Shown here: one piece after another, positions 38,660 through 52,766 of the stretch
Layout: each line of letters starts with the position of its first letter
How positions within the stretch are numbered: position 1 is the stretch's first letter
Assembly: GCF_001194135.2 (NCBI RefSeq)
Contig: NC_068981.1
Span: forward strand, 191,217,865-191,281,864
Source of the DNA: Octopus bimaculoides
Lineage: Eukaryota
Reading direction: 5' to 3'
DNA length: 64,000 bases
Translations under genes and position numbers: made by a program
The notes under the pieces: generated by a model
What the model was told of the DNA's origin: nothing
The model's database searches: none
Seen by the model: only the letters and a program-made list of their open reading frames with translations

Positions 38660-39815
38660 TTGCATGCTTTTGAAATCAGGTCACCAACCCAATGAGTCCT
38701 TGGACTTAAAATGGTGTCCAACACTGGAGTCTGTGGAAAGCTGCTGCAATGGATAAAATGTTTCCTGATGAACAGAACCCAACATGTTGTGGTTGAGGGA
38801 GTCTGATCAAGTTCATCCACAGTCAGTAGTGGTGTCCCACAAAGTACTGTATTGGGCCCACTCTTCATTATCTCCATCAGTGACATAGACGTCATCAAAC
38901 ACTGTACACTGAAAATCTTTGCATAAACGGTATAGGAAACCAGCATGCTTTCAGTCAGATCTGTTTGCTGTTGTCCAATGAAGACAAGTTCAATTTGATC
39001 CAACTTGGAAAAGAGGATACTCTGAAACTACCATGTGCCCTTCCTTAGTGTCATCCAACAATACCAGAGACCTTGGAGTAATTGTTGATAACAATCTAAG
39101 CTGGAGTTCCCATGCAAACAGCAAGGTTGACTTAGCCTGCAAGATGTGCTCCTGAATTCTGAGAAATTTCTGGTCTGGAGATGCCTACATCATCAATCCT
39201 TCTCTACTCTATTTTTGTCTGACCCCACCTTGAGTACTGTTACCCACTGTGGTTTCCCCACACAAAGCAACTCATTATGAAAGTGGAAGCATTCCAGAGG
39301 TCAATAACAAGAAAGATAGATGGCATGACAGGCATTGACTACTAGGATCGACTAAAAAAACTCAATCTCTACTCTCTCCAATGCCACTGGGAGCGCTACA
39401 TCATTTGTGTGATGTGGAAAATATTCCATCAATATTGCACAAATGATGTTGGCATCAATTTTAAAATCTACCCACTACAAAAATCAAACTCAAGACACAT
39501 AACAACATCGTGGCACAACTACTTTACCTCAACCAGTCCAGTTCTCTTTTAATATTATATCAAAGACATCAAAACTTAAAACAGATCCCATAAAATTCAA
39601 AAGTTCACTGGACAAATTTCTTCAAATAATACCGGACCAACCTCCTACACCCAGATATGTCTCCAACAATAATAACTTTTTTGCTAGAGTGAGCCATGGT
39701 GTCCCATATATGACTGAGGTGTGAATCATGATCTAAAAGTCTTCACCAGGTGGTGCTATTAAGTTAGACATGGCCTGGGCCTATACTGGCCGAAACTTAT
39801 CTAAGTTTTATCTTA
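38660..39815 (+). mobile_element. 5'-truncated CR1-like LINE (RT C-terminal half and 3' end), degenerate
   Basis: Translates to GKLLQWIKCFLMNRTQHVVVEG, SGVPQSTVLGPLF, RDLGVIVDNNLSW, PHLEYCYPLW and DRLKKLNLYSL, with stops and frameshifts. Confidence 0.85.
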
Positions 39816-41064
39816 GAACCAACTTTTGTTAAATGCTTACAATATATTCAGGGATGAAGTTACTTAATTGTAACAGCTTCCATTGTCTACTTTTCCCTTT
39901 GCCTAGCTTGTGGAAAAAGTATGTTGAAACATGAATGAATAAACAGTGAGATATTGACAAAGGATACAATTGAAACATTAATTGTATGTCTGTGCACTCT
40001 CTGAAAACATTTGTGATATGTTTGAAAAAGTTATGGCTGAAATATAGAGCTGGCTTTTTGAAAAAAATGCTGTTGAAAGTAAGTTTATGAAGTAAATTGT
40101 CTTTAGATATTATACATGTACAATTGGCAAACCAAGCCCTGGACTCAGGGAGGGCATCTGGTCGATGGCTGATGATGTACAATTATTAAACAATAACACA
40201 GGAACAATTTTGAACATAACTACAGTTAGTCTTTTGTCACATCGAGTTTTTTTCTCTACAGCTTTCTCTCTGAATAATCACAATTGTATTGTTTGTCAGT
40301 ACGTGATAGGGCTGGTCAGCTGCTTTCATTATTTTATTAATAATTATCAATAATTATAGATGACAATTGTAATTATACTATCAAAGCCAGGTTTGGATTT
40401 GATATAAACTTCCCCTTAAGTAGTATTTCCTCGATATACATAAGTCACATACACTCAGTGTTTTCTAGAAATAATGGAATATTGTGGATATAAAGTTCTA
40501 TTGTGAATATAAAGTTACTTGTAATTCAATTGACATACTAGTAAATGGCGGATTTCATGTAATTATTTGAACTTATAATTTTAAAACTATTCTATTATGA
40601 AATAAATAAATAGTAAAAAGTATAAGTAAAATTACCTTCAGGTTTCATATAATGGAATTATTAACTGTAAAGAAATTCTCTATTAAAAGACTGTAATTTG
40701 ATTTTTTCGTATCTTTTTTATCAGGTGTTAGACTAAAAATGGTTATAGCAATGAAAAGTATTCAGTCTAAAATAATCAAAAGAAAATTTAGTTATGTTAG
40801 GTTTCAACCACTGTTGATACTTTTATATTTTATTTCGGTTTTTCTTTTCTTTTTCCTCCCCCCCCCCTCCTCTAATATATTTTAGGGTGAAGGTGAATGA
40901 CTTAGGGGTTAGAGTGTTTGCACTTGCAATCAAAAGATCATGGTTTTGATTCCTGGACTGGGGCTGTGTGTTGTGTTCTTGAACAGAACACTTCATTTCA
41001 GGCCACTTAGCTGTAAATAGGTAACCCTGCAATGGACAGATAATGTTTTGGCCATGGTCACTTA

Positions 41065-41136
<72 letters not shown>

Positions 41137-43825
41137 AGCTTCTTTGTTTATGTCTACCAAATCCACTCACAAGGCTTTGGTCAGCCTGAGGCTATAGTAG
41201 AAGTCACTTGCCCAAGCTGCCACACAGTGAGACTGAACTCAGAACCATGTGGTTGGGAAGCAACACAGCCATGCCAGAGCACAGAGCTGGTTAAGGTATT
41301 TTATGGATGACCAGTAGTTGCCCATACAGGAAAGCTTCCCCTCTCATTGTCACCAAGGTTGATACTGCTTGGCACCAGTTTTATCACAGACAAACTCAAA
41401 CGCTGCAGGGCATTCTGTTTTATACACTTAACAATTTCAAAGGTCCAAAAACCGGGGCTTGTTTTTTACTTGAAAGGATGAAAAACAATATTGACTTTAG
41501 TAGGATTTGAACTTAGAACATAAAGAGCCTCAACAAATGTATTTGGGTATTTTGTCCAGTGTTCTCATGGTTCTGCCAACCCACCACCTTTACTGACATT
41601 ACCATAATATTTAGCTTAATAATGGAATATTTTAATTGTTGACATACAATAAAGATCATGGTATTTGATGTGGTGAATAATTAAGGAAGGCACCAGTGGG
41701 AGGAGAGAGATAAAAGAACAAAACTATTTCATCAGTTGTAACCTATGTCACTCGAATTTACATTATATAATAATTATATCTAAGATCAAAGGAAATTAGA
41801 AATAGATTGGATTTTTCTAATTACATCTTAAAACAGTTATGTTTTCTTTATATCAACAAACTGAAATCTAATATAATTAACAAATAATCCAAATACATTA
41901 ATTTAGAGTCTATACAACATCATAATAATTTCTAACATTGGTACAGTATCATAAATTGTAGTGGGTGGGGGGATGTGTATACTTCATTAGATTGACCCCT
42001 AATAGTTGACTGATATTTATTCTGTCAACTCTGAAGGATGAAAGACAAGGTGAAGTTGGGCAGAATTTAAACTCAGTATGTAAAGGGACCTGGCTAAACT
42101 CTACAAAACATTTTGTTTTATGCCTTACCAATTCTACCAGTCGCTTCCCTTCTAAATATCATGATACTGCTTATTGTGTAAGTGAGTCTATGGATTTGCT
42201 ATGTAATTATGGTCAAAAAGAAAGTTAGGTCCTAATGCAGATGCAGCAATCACCAGACAGCTCAGATCAACCCTAGCAGAGAGCACCATGATATCCCACC
42301 AAAAACATTTGTAAGCTTAACGCTTCTAAAAGTTGCTGGCACCATGTGCGAGCAAGCTGAAGTAGAACTTGTGAGACCTGTACGGTTTAGATAAATGCAT
42401 TTCTGGATGTTATTGTAGCTCTTAACATTTTTCACCATTTCTCACTATTACAAATGTATTTCACTGTTCCATGCCTATAAAAAAATATGTATTAGCAGAT
42501 AGACTCCAAAAGAAAATTGAAATCTTGGAGAGTAATTGAAGCTTGGAACTTAATATATTTCTAAAGGTATTGTATAAATAGTCAACAGGAAATGCTAAAA
42601 GCAAACAGTCATGAACTCTACTAAATAAGCAATACAATTAGAAGTGGATACACAAGAAGCCTAGCATGATACCTGGTATCTGAGGTTGTATTCTGTATGC
42701 CATATATAACTGGTTCAGCTAATTCTAGCATACAAGAAATACAATGACTGTTTACTAACCTGAAGCTAGTTTACATATAAATGATATGTAGACTTTGGAT
42801 GACTTTCCTCTTTTTGTGACCATCCCATCTTTTGGTGGAATATTTCTAACAGGTTGGGCATGTAAGAAACATGGATGCAAAAGACAAAGTTCTCTTTTAT
42901 TTTCTATATACCAACAAAACAGACTTGTAGCAGTCTAACTGTTATGGTAATTCAATCTGAAATCTTCCAAGGAAAGTGATAAACCGGGGTGGGGTGGACC
43001 TTAAATCCATTTATGTAGCATGTGCTTGGCTCAGATGTACTGTTTTCACATTTCCAATAAACCTGTAGAAAATGGTGAACAGCTAAAGCTTAACCTACAC
43101 CTTTCTATATTGCTGCAAGGAGTTTACTATACCTTTCTATATTGCTAAGAGATTGCAACTATTGAATCTGAAAACTAAAAACAGTTGTGAAAACTGAACG
43201 AGTATACAAAGAATGTCTCTGGCAAGGGACTGACAGAAACATAACTATATGCAAGTGCAAGATGCAAATGAGGTCTGTGTAATGTGTACACAAGATGCAA
43301 ATGAATCTGCATCATGTGTATGCTTTGGTTCAGGTCAGCCTGTAGAAGGTGAATACGAAAGGTATTAGAATGCATGTATGTAAATATGTTTGTATTTTCA
43401 TCTACCACATTTTCTCTGCTAAAACTAACCAATTTGTAAAGTAAAATAATTTATTAGAGAGTTCAGTTCTGTGAACTGCAGTTATGCAACATAATGAGTT
43501 GGTAAGTGTTAAGCTTACGTATGTTCTTGGTGTGAGTTCATAGTGCTCTCTGCTAGAGTTGATCCGAGTTGCCTGGTGATTGCTGCATCTGTGTTGGTAC
43601 TTCATGGCTGATCTACTGCCCTTACCTTTGGATCTGCACTTGTAAGATATATGTTCCAAGGGGTGACAATTTCAAAGAAGCTATATCTGGCCAAATGATA
43701 AGTCTGGGTGTTAATGAACATTTAATCTATAATTGTAAATCCAATAAAGTATATTTTGTTGGCCTAATGATTATGGATTAAATGTTTGTGTGTGTGTGTG
43801 TGTGTGTATTTGTATATATATTTTT

Positions 43826-44045
43826 CATCATCATCGTCATTTAACATCCATTTTCCATGCTGGCATGGGTTAGACAGTTTGACAGGAGCCAGCAAGCCAG
43901 AGAGCTATACCAAGCTCCATTTGTCTGTTTTGGCATGATTTGATATGGCCGGATTGCCCTTCCTAATGCCAACCACTTTACACAGTGTACTGGGTGCTTT
44001 ATATGTGGCTTTTTACATCCATGCTGCTGCCACATATAAAAAGCA
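43826..44045 (-). mobile_element. SINE family A
   Basis: (cat)n tail followed by the reverse-complement body. Confidence 0.8.
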
Positions 44046-44163
44046 CACACATATTTAGTCAAACCCATGCAATTATGGAATAACAGGATGTAAAAATAAT
44101 TGTGATGATGTATGTTTGTATATATGTGGTGGGTGCAGGAACACATTTACATATATATGTTTG

Positions 44164-44210
<47 letters not shown>

Positions 44211-44214
<4 letters not shown>

Positions 44215-44434
44215 AGCGTGACCATTGCCAGTACCGCCGGACTGGCCCTTGTGCCAGTGGCACATAAAAAGCACATATTACACTGTTGGAGTGGTTGGCA
44301 TTAGGAAGGGCATCCAGCTGCAGAAACTGCCAGATCAGATTGGAGCCTGGTGCAGCCTACTGGTTCGCCAGTCCTCAGTCAAATCGTCCAACCCATGCTA
44401 GCATGGAAAGCAGACGTTAAATGATGATGATGAT
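44211..44434 (+). mobile_element. SINE family A
   Basis: Body and (gat)n tail. Confidence 0.85.
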
Positions 44435-44599
44435 ATAACCAGTACAGATATTTATTTTTAGGGAGTTCTTAAAAATGAAGTGTATTTACTTTTATTCTAG
44501 AAAAGTGACTTAGTTTTGAAGTCTCAGGTAATGGCATTTAATAGTTTGATAGTGAGATTAACATTGACAGAACTTTGTATAAAATAGACAGGCATGTAT

Positions 44600-44706
44600 A
44601 CATGCATACATACATCCATCCATCCATCCATACATACATACATACATACATACATACATACATACATCCATACATACATACATACATACATACATACATG
44701 CATACA
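44600..44706. repeat. (CATC)n/(CATA)n tetranucleotide microsatellite
   Basis: Directly visible. Other tracts: (GT)n 11104-11216 and 61058-61158; (AT)n 41071-41132 and 58664-58722. Confidence 0.95.
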
Positions 44707-45872
44707 TGTGTGTACATGTATATACCCACTCATGCACACACACAGAGTGAATCTCTAGCATAACTAATACACAAATTCATTTCTTTGCCTTTGACATTTT
44801 ATTTTCAGTAAAAAAAATTCTAATTGCAGTGAAAGTTCACTTGTCTCTCTTTAGTTATTTTCTTATTCTGATTTTCCTTTTAACTTGTTTATCTCTTAAC
44901 TTTCTTATTTAAGAAACTTTCAGTTTTATCCGTCGTCTGTCAAAATATTTGATAGATGACATAGATTCATTTCCATTTCTTCTTAATCACTTGTCATAAT
45001 ATTTAATCTTTAGATTTGTTTCAAGTCAATTTTAACTTAATCTTTTACTGTTCTACTTTTTTATTTTTTATTTATTTTTATAGTCTTCATTGTGTTTGCA
45101 TTAATTTTTCGGGGGGTTTACTGCTGCTATTAAGTATTTGTCATTTAGTTACTTCAAGCATGATAATTCCTTTATGATAAACTCCATTTAATTTACAAGT
45201 CTGTATGTCAGCCTATAGCTTCTTCTTTTTTTTTTTCTTTCTCTGTAAATCTAATTTGTACACAATGAGATAATTATTATTTGGTTTTCAATCTGCACTC
45301 TACTTTTTCTGAAAGTTCTCTAAGAATTTGTTGAAACTTTCTGTATTTTTCTAAATCAGACTAAACCATGATAAAATACTTGAGGTTCAAATTTAGATTT
45401 TATTCAAATTAATGTTTAAAATATCTATATATATTTTCTTTTTTAATTATTAAATGGTTTCATCGTCAAACATATACAATGATTCATATGTTGCGTTTAA
45501 TGGAGTACATAATACAAATTTAACACTAATTTAAAATCCAAGAGCTGCAGCTAAACACGCCATTTGGTCTGGGGTGAACAACCCATTATCCTCTCCCCTC
45601 ATCTTCCGCTGTTTGGTGAGATAGTTATAGTTGTTGGTTTTTTTCGATAATTTGGATTTTTATACTTTTAATGTTTTATCTTTTCTTTACTTCCTGTGAA
45701 AATATGTTTATAAAACATTAAATTTTCTGGAAAAAAATTTTACATTAAAATATTTATTTATTTATCTTGGTTTATCTTTGTATTTTTAATTCTGTCACTT
45801 CATAACCATGTAGTGCCAGGTTCAATGTCATTGTGTGGCACCTTGTGCCAGTATGTCTATGGGGTTAAGTGG

Positions 45873-46075
45873 AGGCGCATGGCTTAGTGGTTAGGGTGTT
45901 GGACTCATGATCATAAGATTGTGGTTTCAGTTTCTGGACTGGGCAATGCGTTGTGTCCTTGAGCAAGACACTTTATTTCACATTGCTCCAGTCCACTCAA
46001 CTAGTAAACATGAATAATCCAGAGGTGGATGCACCACAGAAACCGGGAAACTGTCTCTCTGAGTCTATATGACTT
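45873..46075 (+). mobile_element. tRNA-derived SINE family E
   Basis: ggaggcgcatggcttagtggttagggtgttggactcatgatc...gtccttgagcaagacactttatttcacattgctccagtccactca. Related copies at about 36190-36372 (-), 38575-38655, 40885-41035 and 60660-60965. Confidence 0.75.
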
Positions 46076-48369
46076 GGGGAAGGATCTTTTTTTATCCACA
46101 TTGTTAAGAAGGTTCCTTGACAGTCAGGTAGTTCAGAGTTTGATTTCAATGAGTAGCACCTTGCACAGATGTCTTACAACACAGCCTTGAGTCAACCAAA
46201 CTTTTTGAATGAAATTGGAAGCTGTAGAAACCCTTCAGAAGGGCTTCATCTGTTTTGCAATAGTAGACTTAATCCATCACCACCACTTAATTCATGGATT
46301 TAACACCACTACCTCACTCATGGATACATTAGCATAGTAATACCTGCAGCAAATATATGGACCAGGCTTTTGCTCCTCATTTCAACTCTTCAACAAGTGG
46401 TTGGATTAGTAGAATTGTTAGTGCTGCAGTTTTTTTTAGTTTTTTTTCATTCAGTTCCCTTTATATCCAGAGTTCAAATCCTACCAAAAATCATACCATC
46501 TTAGTTTTCCTGGGTTGATAAAATAAAGTATCAGCCAAATAATTGACTGATACTGGTGCCTCCCAGATTTCTTGCAGCAAAATACTACAATGTTNNNNNN
46601 NNNNNNNNNNNNNNNNNNNNNNNNNNNNTTAACGTATTCTTTTCAACTATCTACAAACACAGCCAGGCTGAAATAATTAATGCATTCTTCCAGGAGTGAA
46701 TAAAAAACTTGAAGGGGTGGGCCCCTTACATGCTAACATGGGCCCTCATATATGGATTCTAATGGCACAGGGGCCCACTTCCCATCGGGCAAGCTGACAA
46801 CCTCGCCAGTCTGCCACTGCATGTGAGGAGCAATGACCCCATCACCACCAGGTGTTATTAGTTTTGATAGACATTGTGTTTGGTGCAATCTGACAGAAGA
46901 ACAACAACAGACGGAGACAGATGGCACTGGCCATCTTAAAACTTCATATCTGAACTAATAGACTGCTAGGTTATTCCAAATGACAAGATTGGTAACCTCC
47001 ATGTCCTGAATCTACTCCACAATGTTTCAATGAGATAAAAACAAAATAATTATAGAATTGTAAAGGTGATAGAAGAGAGAATAAAGATATGAGGAGGAGG
47101 GAGAAGGTATGAAAGGATAAACAAAGACAAACACAATCACATAATTTGAAAGACGGTTAAAAATGTATATAATACAGTTATAGTAATAATAACACAGTTT
47201 GGTTTTGTGTTACTTTGCATGAAATGTGTGTTTGTTTTGTGTCACATTGCATGAAATGTGTGTTTGTCTACAATCATATCTGGAGGTTGGTTGTGTTCTC
47301 ACCAAAGAACATGAATAAAGAATATTTAATGCATTCATTTCAATGGAAATAGTTATTTTATTTGAAGGATATTTTATTCTTAACATATGAGCAAAGAATT
47401 TTTCAAACTTTAGAAATATAGATTTTCTTATCAATCATTTTCCAATAAAGGGATTTTTTTTTTTTTTTTTTTTTTGAAAGTTTGCTTTTTTGAAAAATTT
47501 TCAAAAAATTCTTACAGGCAGATGTTTTTAGCATTGATTATCCTTTTTTTTTTTTTTGAGGACATTTAAACATTGATTTGGTGTTTGTTTACATTATTTA
47601 TTATTTTACATTATTTATTATTTTATATTTTTATATTTAAATAATTTGTCTTTGGTGTGTATTTTTATTGGAGAAAAAAATATACAATCAAGCTTTTAGA
47701 TCTTCAAAGAAAGCTTTCTAACATCTTCTGCATTAATTTGAAAAAGAAAATGTATTCCATTAATAAAGCCCACCTATTAAGGAATGTACTGGAACTCGGG
47801 TGTTAGTAATAATGGAGAAAAGGGTGGAGAGAGAGAGAGAGTGTGTGTGTGTGTGTATGTGTTTGTGCATGGAAGAGACAGAAAAATACAATGTATGTGT
47901 ATGTGTGAGATAGACAGATAGTTATTTAATCTAAACCATATCTAGCTTAAACATTTTATCTATCCCCATGTTTCATTATATAGATATTATATGCATAGAC
48001 ATTTTCCACTTGTTTTGAGAAGATTCCATATCCTTTTATTACCATTCTCGATGTCGGCTTTAAAATACCGGTTTAGTGTAGTGAATGAATACTACATCAG
48101 AAACATATTTTTTCCTCTTCTTTTCTCAGTACCAGTTTGGGATGTATATATAATAGAACATAGAACTAGTTCATTCTCACTTTGCTATTAAATGTTTCCA
48201 TTGATAAATCTCACAACTTTTACAAAGGCAAAACATAAATTATATTGAAAATATTTTTATTGTTCTTATAAATGTTTAGCTTGAAAATTGGCAGCTGCTA
48301 GACACTTGCAGTTTTGTTCTATGACTGAACAAAAATGGAAAGCATTCATCACTATACAACTATACATAC

Positions 48370-48422
<53 letters not shown>

Positions 48423-48499
48423 GTATGTACATCATCAGTATTTTTTGTCTGTTTTTCCATGCCTGCATGGGTTGGATGAGTCCTCTCTAACATAGTCTT

Positions 48500-49110
48500 A
48501 CCATTTATTGCCTTTCTTTGTCATCTCCTTTTTGAAGTTCAGCATCCTGAAATCAGTTTTTACCGCTTCTGCCCATTTCTTCTTTGGTCTTTCTCTTCTG
48601 TAGTTTCCTTCCATGTGGCTCTCAAGGCACCTCTTTACCAATTCCTCATCATCCATCTTCATTTCATGGCCATACCAAGACAGTCATCTCTCTTACACAT
48701 TACTTTTGATTCCTCTTATACCCAGTTTTTCTCTCAGTCCATCTGTATCACATCACTCATATACACTAACATTTCACATCTGCTGTTTTTAATGCCTACA
48801 TCTCCCTACCATGCAGCATCACACTTCATACCAAAGCAACTTACATTCAACCCATTGCTCAAAGAGTGGATCTCCTCTTTACTCTTATTCAGAACACTCT
48901 CCTCCACTGCTGAGTAGTTTGTCAGGGTGACAGAAGCTATCAACTATTTCTATGGAACCTTCCAAGCATCAAAATGATTTTATTTTACTGGTGCTCTGAC
49001 TGTTAACTACTCCTGTGCATCTACCACATACACAGTCTTAGTTTGCCATCAACCTACTTGTTTCAGTTGCATTCATTGATTCTTTTTACAGCCCTGCTAC
49101 CTTTATGCAA
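48500..49110 (-). mobile_element. RTE-clade LINE ORF2 3' fragment
   Basis: Minus strand gives LSWYGHEMKMDDEELVKRCLESHMEGNYRRERPKKKWAEAVKTDFRML. Confidence 0.7.
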
Positions 49111-49146
49111 TACCCATCAATGTATTATTCACTGTTTCCTCTGCAT

Positions 49147-49452
49147 CAGTGGTTCTCAGCTAGGGTCCATATGGCCCTTGAGGATCCATATAGGATTTTG
49201 TCATTAAAATTTTCCCCAGCATGGCCACAGCCTTAGGGCTGAAACATATAAAACAACAAACGTATAATAAATTAATTATATTTCTACAATACACAAAATA
49301 TTTTGCTAATTTTTTATACAGTTCCTAATAACATTTAATTATGAAAATACAAGAAGGTCTTTTTTTAAGCATCAAATGACTATAGGGATCAATTTTGAGT
49401 AAAATAGGGATCAAATGGGTCTACAGGCAAAAAAAACTGTTGAGAAACACTG
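49147..49452 (+). mobile_element. hAT-type MITE, same family as 23425-23669
   Basis: 8-bp TSD ctctgcat at 49139-46 and 49453-60; TIRs cagtggttctcag and gttgagaaacactg. Confidence 0.8.
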
Positions 49453-49590
49453 CTCTGCATCAAAGCATGAATTATGTCTTAGCAAGTGACAAATGGATGC
49501 ACAGCATTGACAAGTCCCAAGTTGGGCAAAAACACATCTGTCATTCTTGGGAATCACTGCTGCAGTGTTGTTTGCTTCATTCTTAATATA

Positions 49591-49717
49591 CAGGGTGTCC
49601 ACAAAGTCTGGGTACATTAGGATTAACACATACTTTAAGAAATTATTATTTCTTATATTTAATTGTTTATGTTATGATTTTATTTACTCCATGTACTCAG
49701 ACCTTGTGGACACCCTG
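49591..49717. mobile_element. Tc1/mariner-type MITE (about 127 bp)
   Basis: TIR cagggtgtccacaaagtctgggtacat and its reverse complement, preceded by TA; near-identical to 57188-57313. Confidence 0.8.
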
Positions 49718-50127
49718 CACTTTGCATTATCACATTTGTGAGGAGATTTTCTCTCAGACAAAAACCACAGCATCACGCCTTTCAATGGTTTATATACATT
49801 TAATATAATGTTGGTTTTAATTTAATGCTTTTTAAATTACGCTCACTGCTTTTTTTTTTTTCTAACCTAGCTTGAAATATTGCTTTCAAATTTTAGCACA
49901 TGGCCAGCAATTTTGTGTGGGCTAAGTTGTTTGCATTGACACCTGTATACAGTTGATACTTATTTTAATGACCTCGAAAGGACAAAAGTCAAACTTGACC
50001 TCAGCAGCATTTGAACTCAGAACATAAAGTCTGAAAAAATGCCACTAAGCATTTTTCCCAGTTCAATAATAATTCTGCCAGCTTCCCACCTTACTTTTAG
50101 CGTGAAATATTAAAATTATGTCTCTAA

Positions 50128-50495
50128 TCATCATCGTCATCATCCTCATTGTCGTCGTTTAACATCCGCTTTCCATGCTGGCATGGGTTGGACGGTTTGA
50201 CTCTGGACTGGCAAGCCAGAAGGCTGCACCAGGCTCCAATCCGATCTGGCAAAGTTTCTACAGCTGGATGCCCTTCCTAACGCCAATCACTCTGAGAGTG
50301 TAGTGGGTGCTTTTTGCATGCCACCAGCATGAGGGTCAGTCAGATGGCACCAGCAACAATCACGCTCAAATGGTGCTTTTTATGTGCCACTAGCATGAGA
50401 CCAGTCAGGCGGCACTGGCATCAACCACACTCAAATGGTGCTTTTTATGTGCTACCGGCATAGGTGCCAATCAGGTGGTACTGTCATCGGCCACA
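50128..50495 (-). mobile_element. SINE family A, long copy with internal tandem subrepeats
   Basis: Repeated atggtgctttttatgtgcca units. Other minus copies at about 24689-24890, 25526-25641 and 48425-48490. Confidence 0.85.
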
Positions 50496-51688
50496 ACAAC
50501 GATTTCTAATATACATTGATACTTGTGAAAATGGTCATGGTGAAATCAGTTGTAGATTGGAGAACAACAATTGGAGGATGGATCATGCCCCCCATAGTCA
50601 TACTGATCCTGGGTCTGTGGGATTCCTTGACTGCAGGTTGCCCTATAACAGGTGGACTACATCAGCCATTCACATTTTGTATACTATGTAAACATTTTAG
50701 CTCATTTCTCCCCTTTTCCTTCTTTTTTTCTCTTTCCACCATTTCTATGTAAATCTCACATACAAATTGTAAATCATCCTTGTAATGTCCCCCTGATTAA
50801 CTACCCTTCTAACCAATAAAAGTAATTATAGTTTTACTTATATTTTTTTATGTTAGGATGGATAGGCATGCATTTTGTTGAAGCATTAGTTTTTACAACA
50901 CCATTCTTATTCCTATCACCAATCCAGAAACCTGTCTTACATCTTGACCATTGTGGTCAGTAATCTGGCACTTTAATTTTACAGTATAATATCTTGTATA
51001 AGATAGATCAATTTCCATCTCTGTTTGAGACAGGAATTTTACTATTATTTTCTTAGCCTTAAAGTAAATATATTGTTTAGATTTGTGATGAACAGGAATT
51101 TAGTTTGTTTATGAAACCTTTAGAATAACACAATGCTTGTCATTTTCAGGCCTCATATTTATTGATCAGCTAAATTAATATTTCACAAAATTCTTAAAAA
51201 CTACTTTAATTTTAGTTTGCTCTTCTCATGAAGAGCTGCTTATTTCAAATGACTATCAGAATGAAACCGAGGCCTTGTCAGCTATCTACTCATTCATTGT
51301 GCTTCGTCAGTAATCAGAGATAATTAAACACCTCGTTTAAAAAATTTCTTATCAAAAGACTTAGCTCGTCAAACTTTGTAATTCATAACGAAACCATTGA
51401 TAGGCATCTGACAAACGCATAATAATGTTGCATGCCTTTTTAATTATTTTAATCATCATCATCATCATCGTCGTCGTCATCATCATCTTCATTATTATTC
51501 GGTATTCCATACCTTACAATACCTCTGACCTTTTCAAATTCGAAGCTGCCACTAGCATTAATACTGATCATATTACAAAAATCCAAACAGTTGAAAAAAA
51601 AAAGAATCAGTTATTGAATTATTGGCAGCTTTTGTCTTTTAATAAGAGATGAAATATATAAAAATGATGACATAGACTTTATGAGTGT

Positions 51689-51730
<42 letters not shown>

Positions 51731-52479
51731 ATTCACACACACACACACAAATACTCATTTTCATTTTGTGAAGGTATTTTCTATAAAAATGCTTTTTTGT
51801 TTGAACATTTTGATTGGCAATAATTTTATGGATAAATTTCACTAATGCTCAAGATTGAATCGGAGGACTGAGAATTTTATTGTTGGCACTAATTGAGATT
51901 TTCTTTCTTTCTCTTTTCTAATTATTTCTTGTCTTTATTTTCATCACTTATTTTTCTGGCCAATCAGTGTTAAGTTTTAAAAAAAGTGGAAGAATGATTT
52001 ATGAGTGGAACCAGATGGAGGCAAGCAAAAATGACCCCTATCTTTCCAGTCGACCATACTTGTATCAAGTCAACATAGGATTCTGTATAATGTTACTCAT
52101 TCTGCTAGAGATAGCAGCAAAGTATCCTTCAAAGCACATCCTTCAATTTTAAAAGGAAAGATAATGTAGTTCTAGAGAGCCCTAAATAAAGATGAGTGGA
52201 ATGCTTTCTATCATTTATCTGCTTTATCAGGGTTGATGTGGGGCTAAACTTTAAAGACCCTACTTTTATGGTCCAACTTCATATAAAGGCTGGAGCTGGC
52301 CAGAGTTATTGCATCCCAATCTAAAGGTTAATTGATCAATAACTTGTACCCTATTATCAGTTGATCCAGATAGGAAAAAAAAAGGGATCTGTGTAAAAAT
52401 ACATCTTAATGTCATAATTTCCATCATTATTTTTACTGTTTTCCCTATTGATACAAGTTGGATAGCAATCAGCTCATTA

Positions 52480-52734
52480 TTGTTTTAACATCAAAATTCT
52501 ATGCTTGCATGGGTTGGACAGAGTTTATTGAGGCAAATTTTTGACAGCTGGATGCCATTCCTGTCACCCTCACCCCATGGCCAGACATGTTTCCACAGAA
52601 TATTGAAAATGAAGGACACTGCTTGTGTGACAGTGACACTCATTTACAAGTATCATCATACAATGTCAAAACAAGGAGACACACATCACATACACATACA
52701 CACACACATACACACACACACACATACACACACA

Positions 52735-52766
<32 letters not shown>

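Noticed and set aside
40725-40800. Possible extra exon after a good acceptor (ttttttatcAG)
   Set aside because: In the required phase 0 it reads GTG TTA GAC TAA, and exons B and C already join seamlessly.
47205-47270. Tandem duplication of about 30 bp (ttgcatgaaatgtgtgtttgt)
   Set aside because: Two-unit local slippage with no array structure; no CRISPR-like array exists in the window.
51240-51570. Relatively CpG-rich unique stretch, a possible promoter or antisense exon
   Set aside because: No ORF, splice pair or recognisable motif set to support a call.
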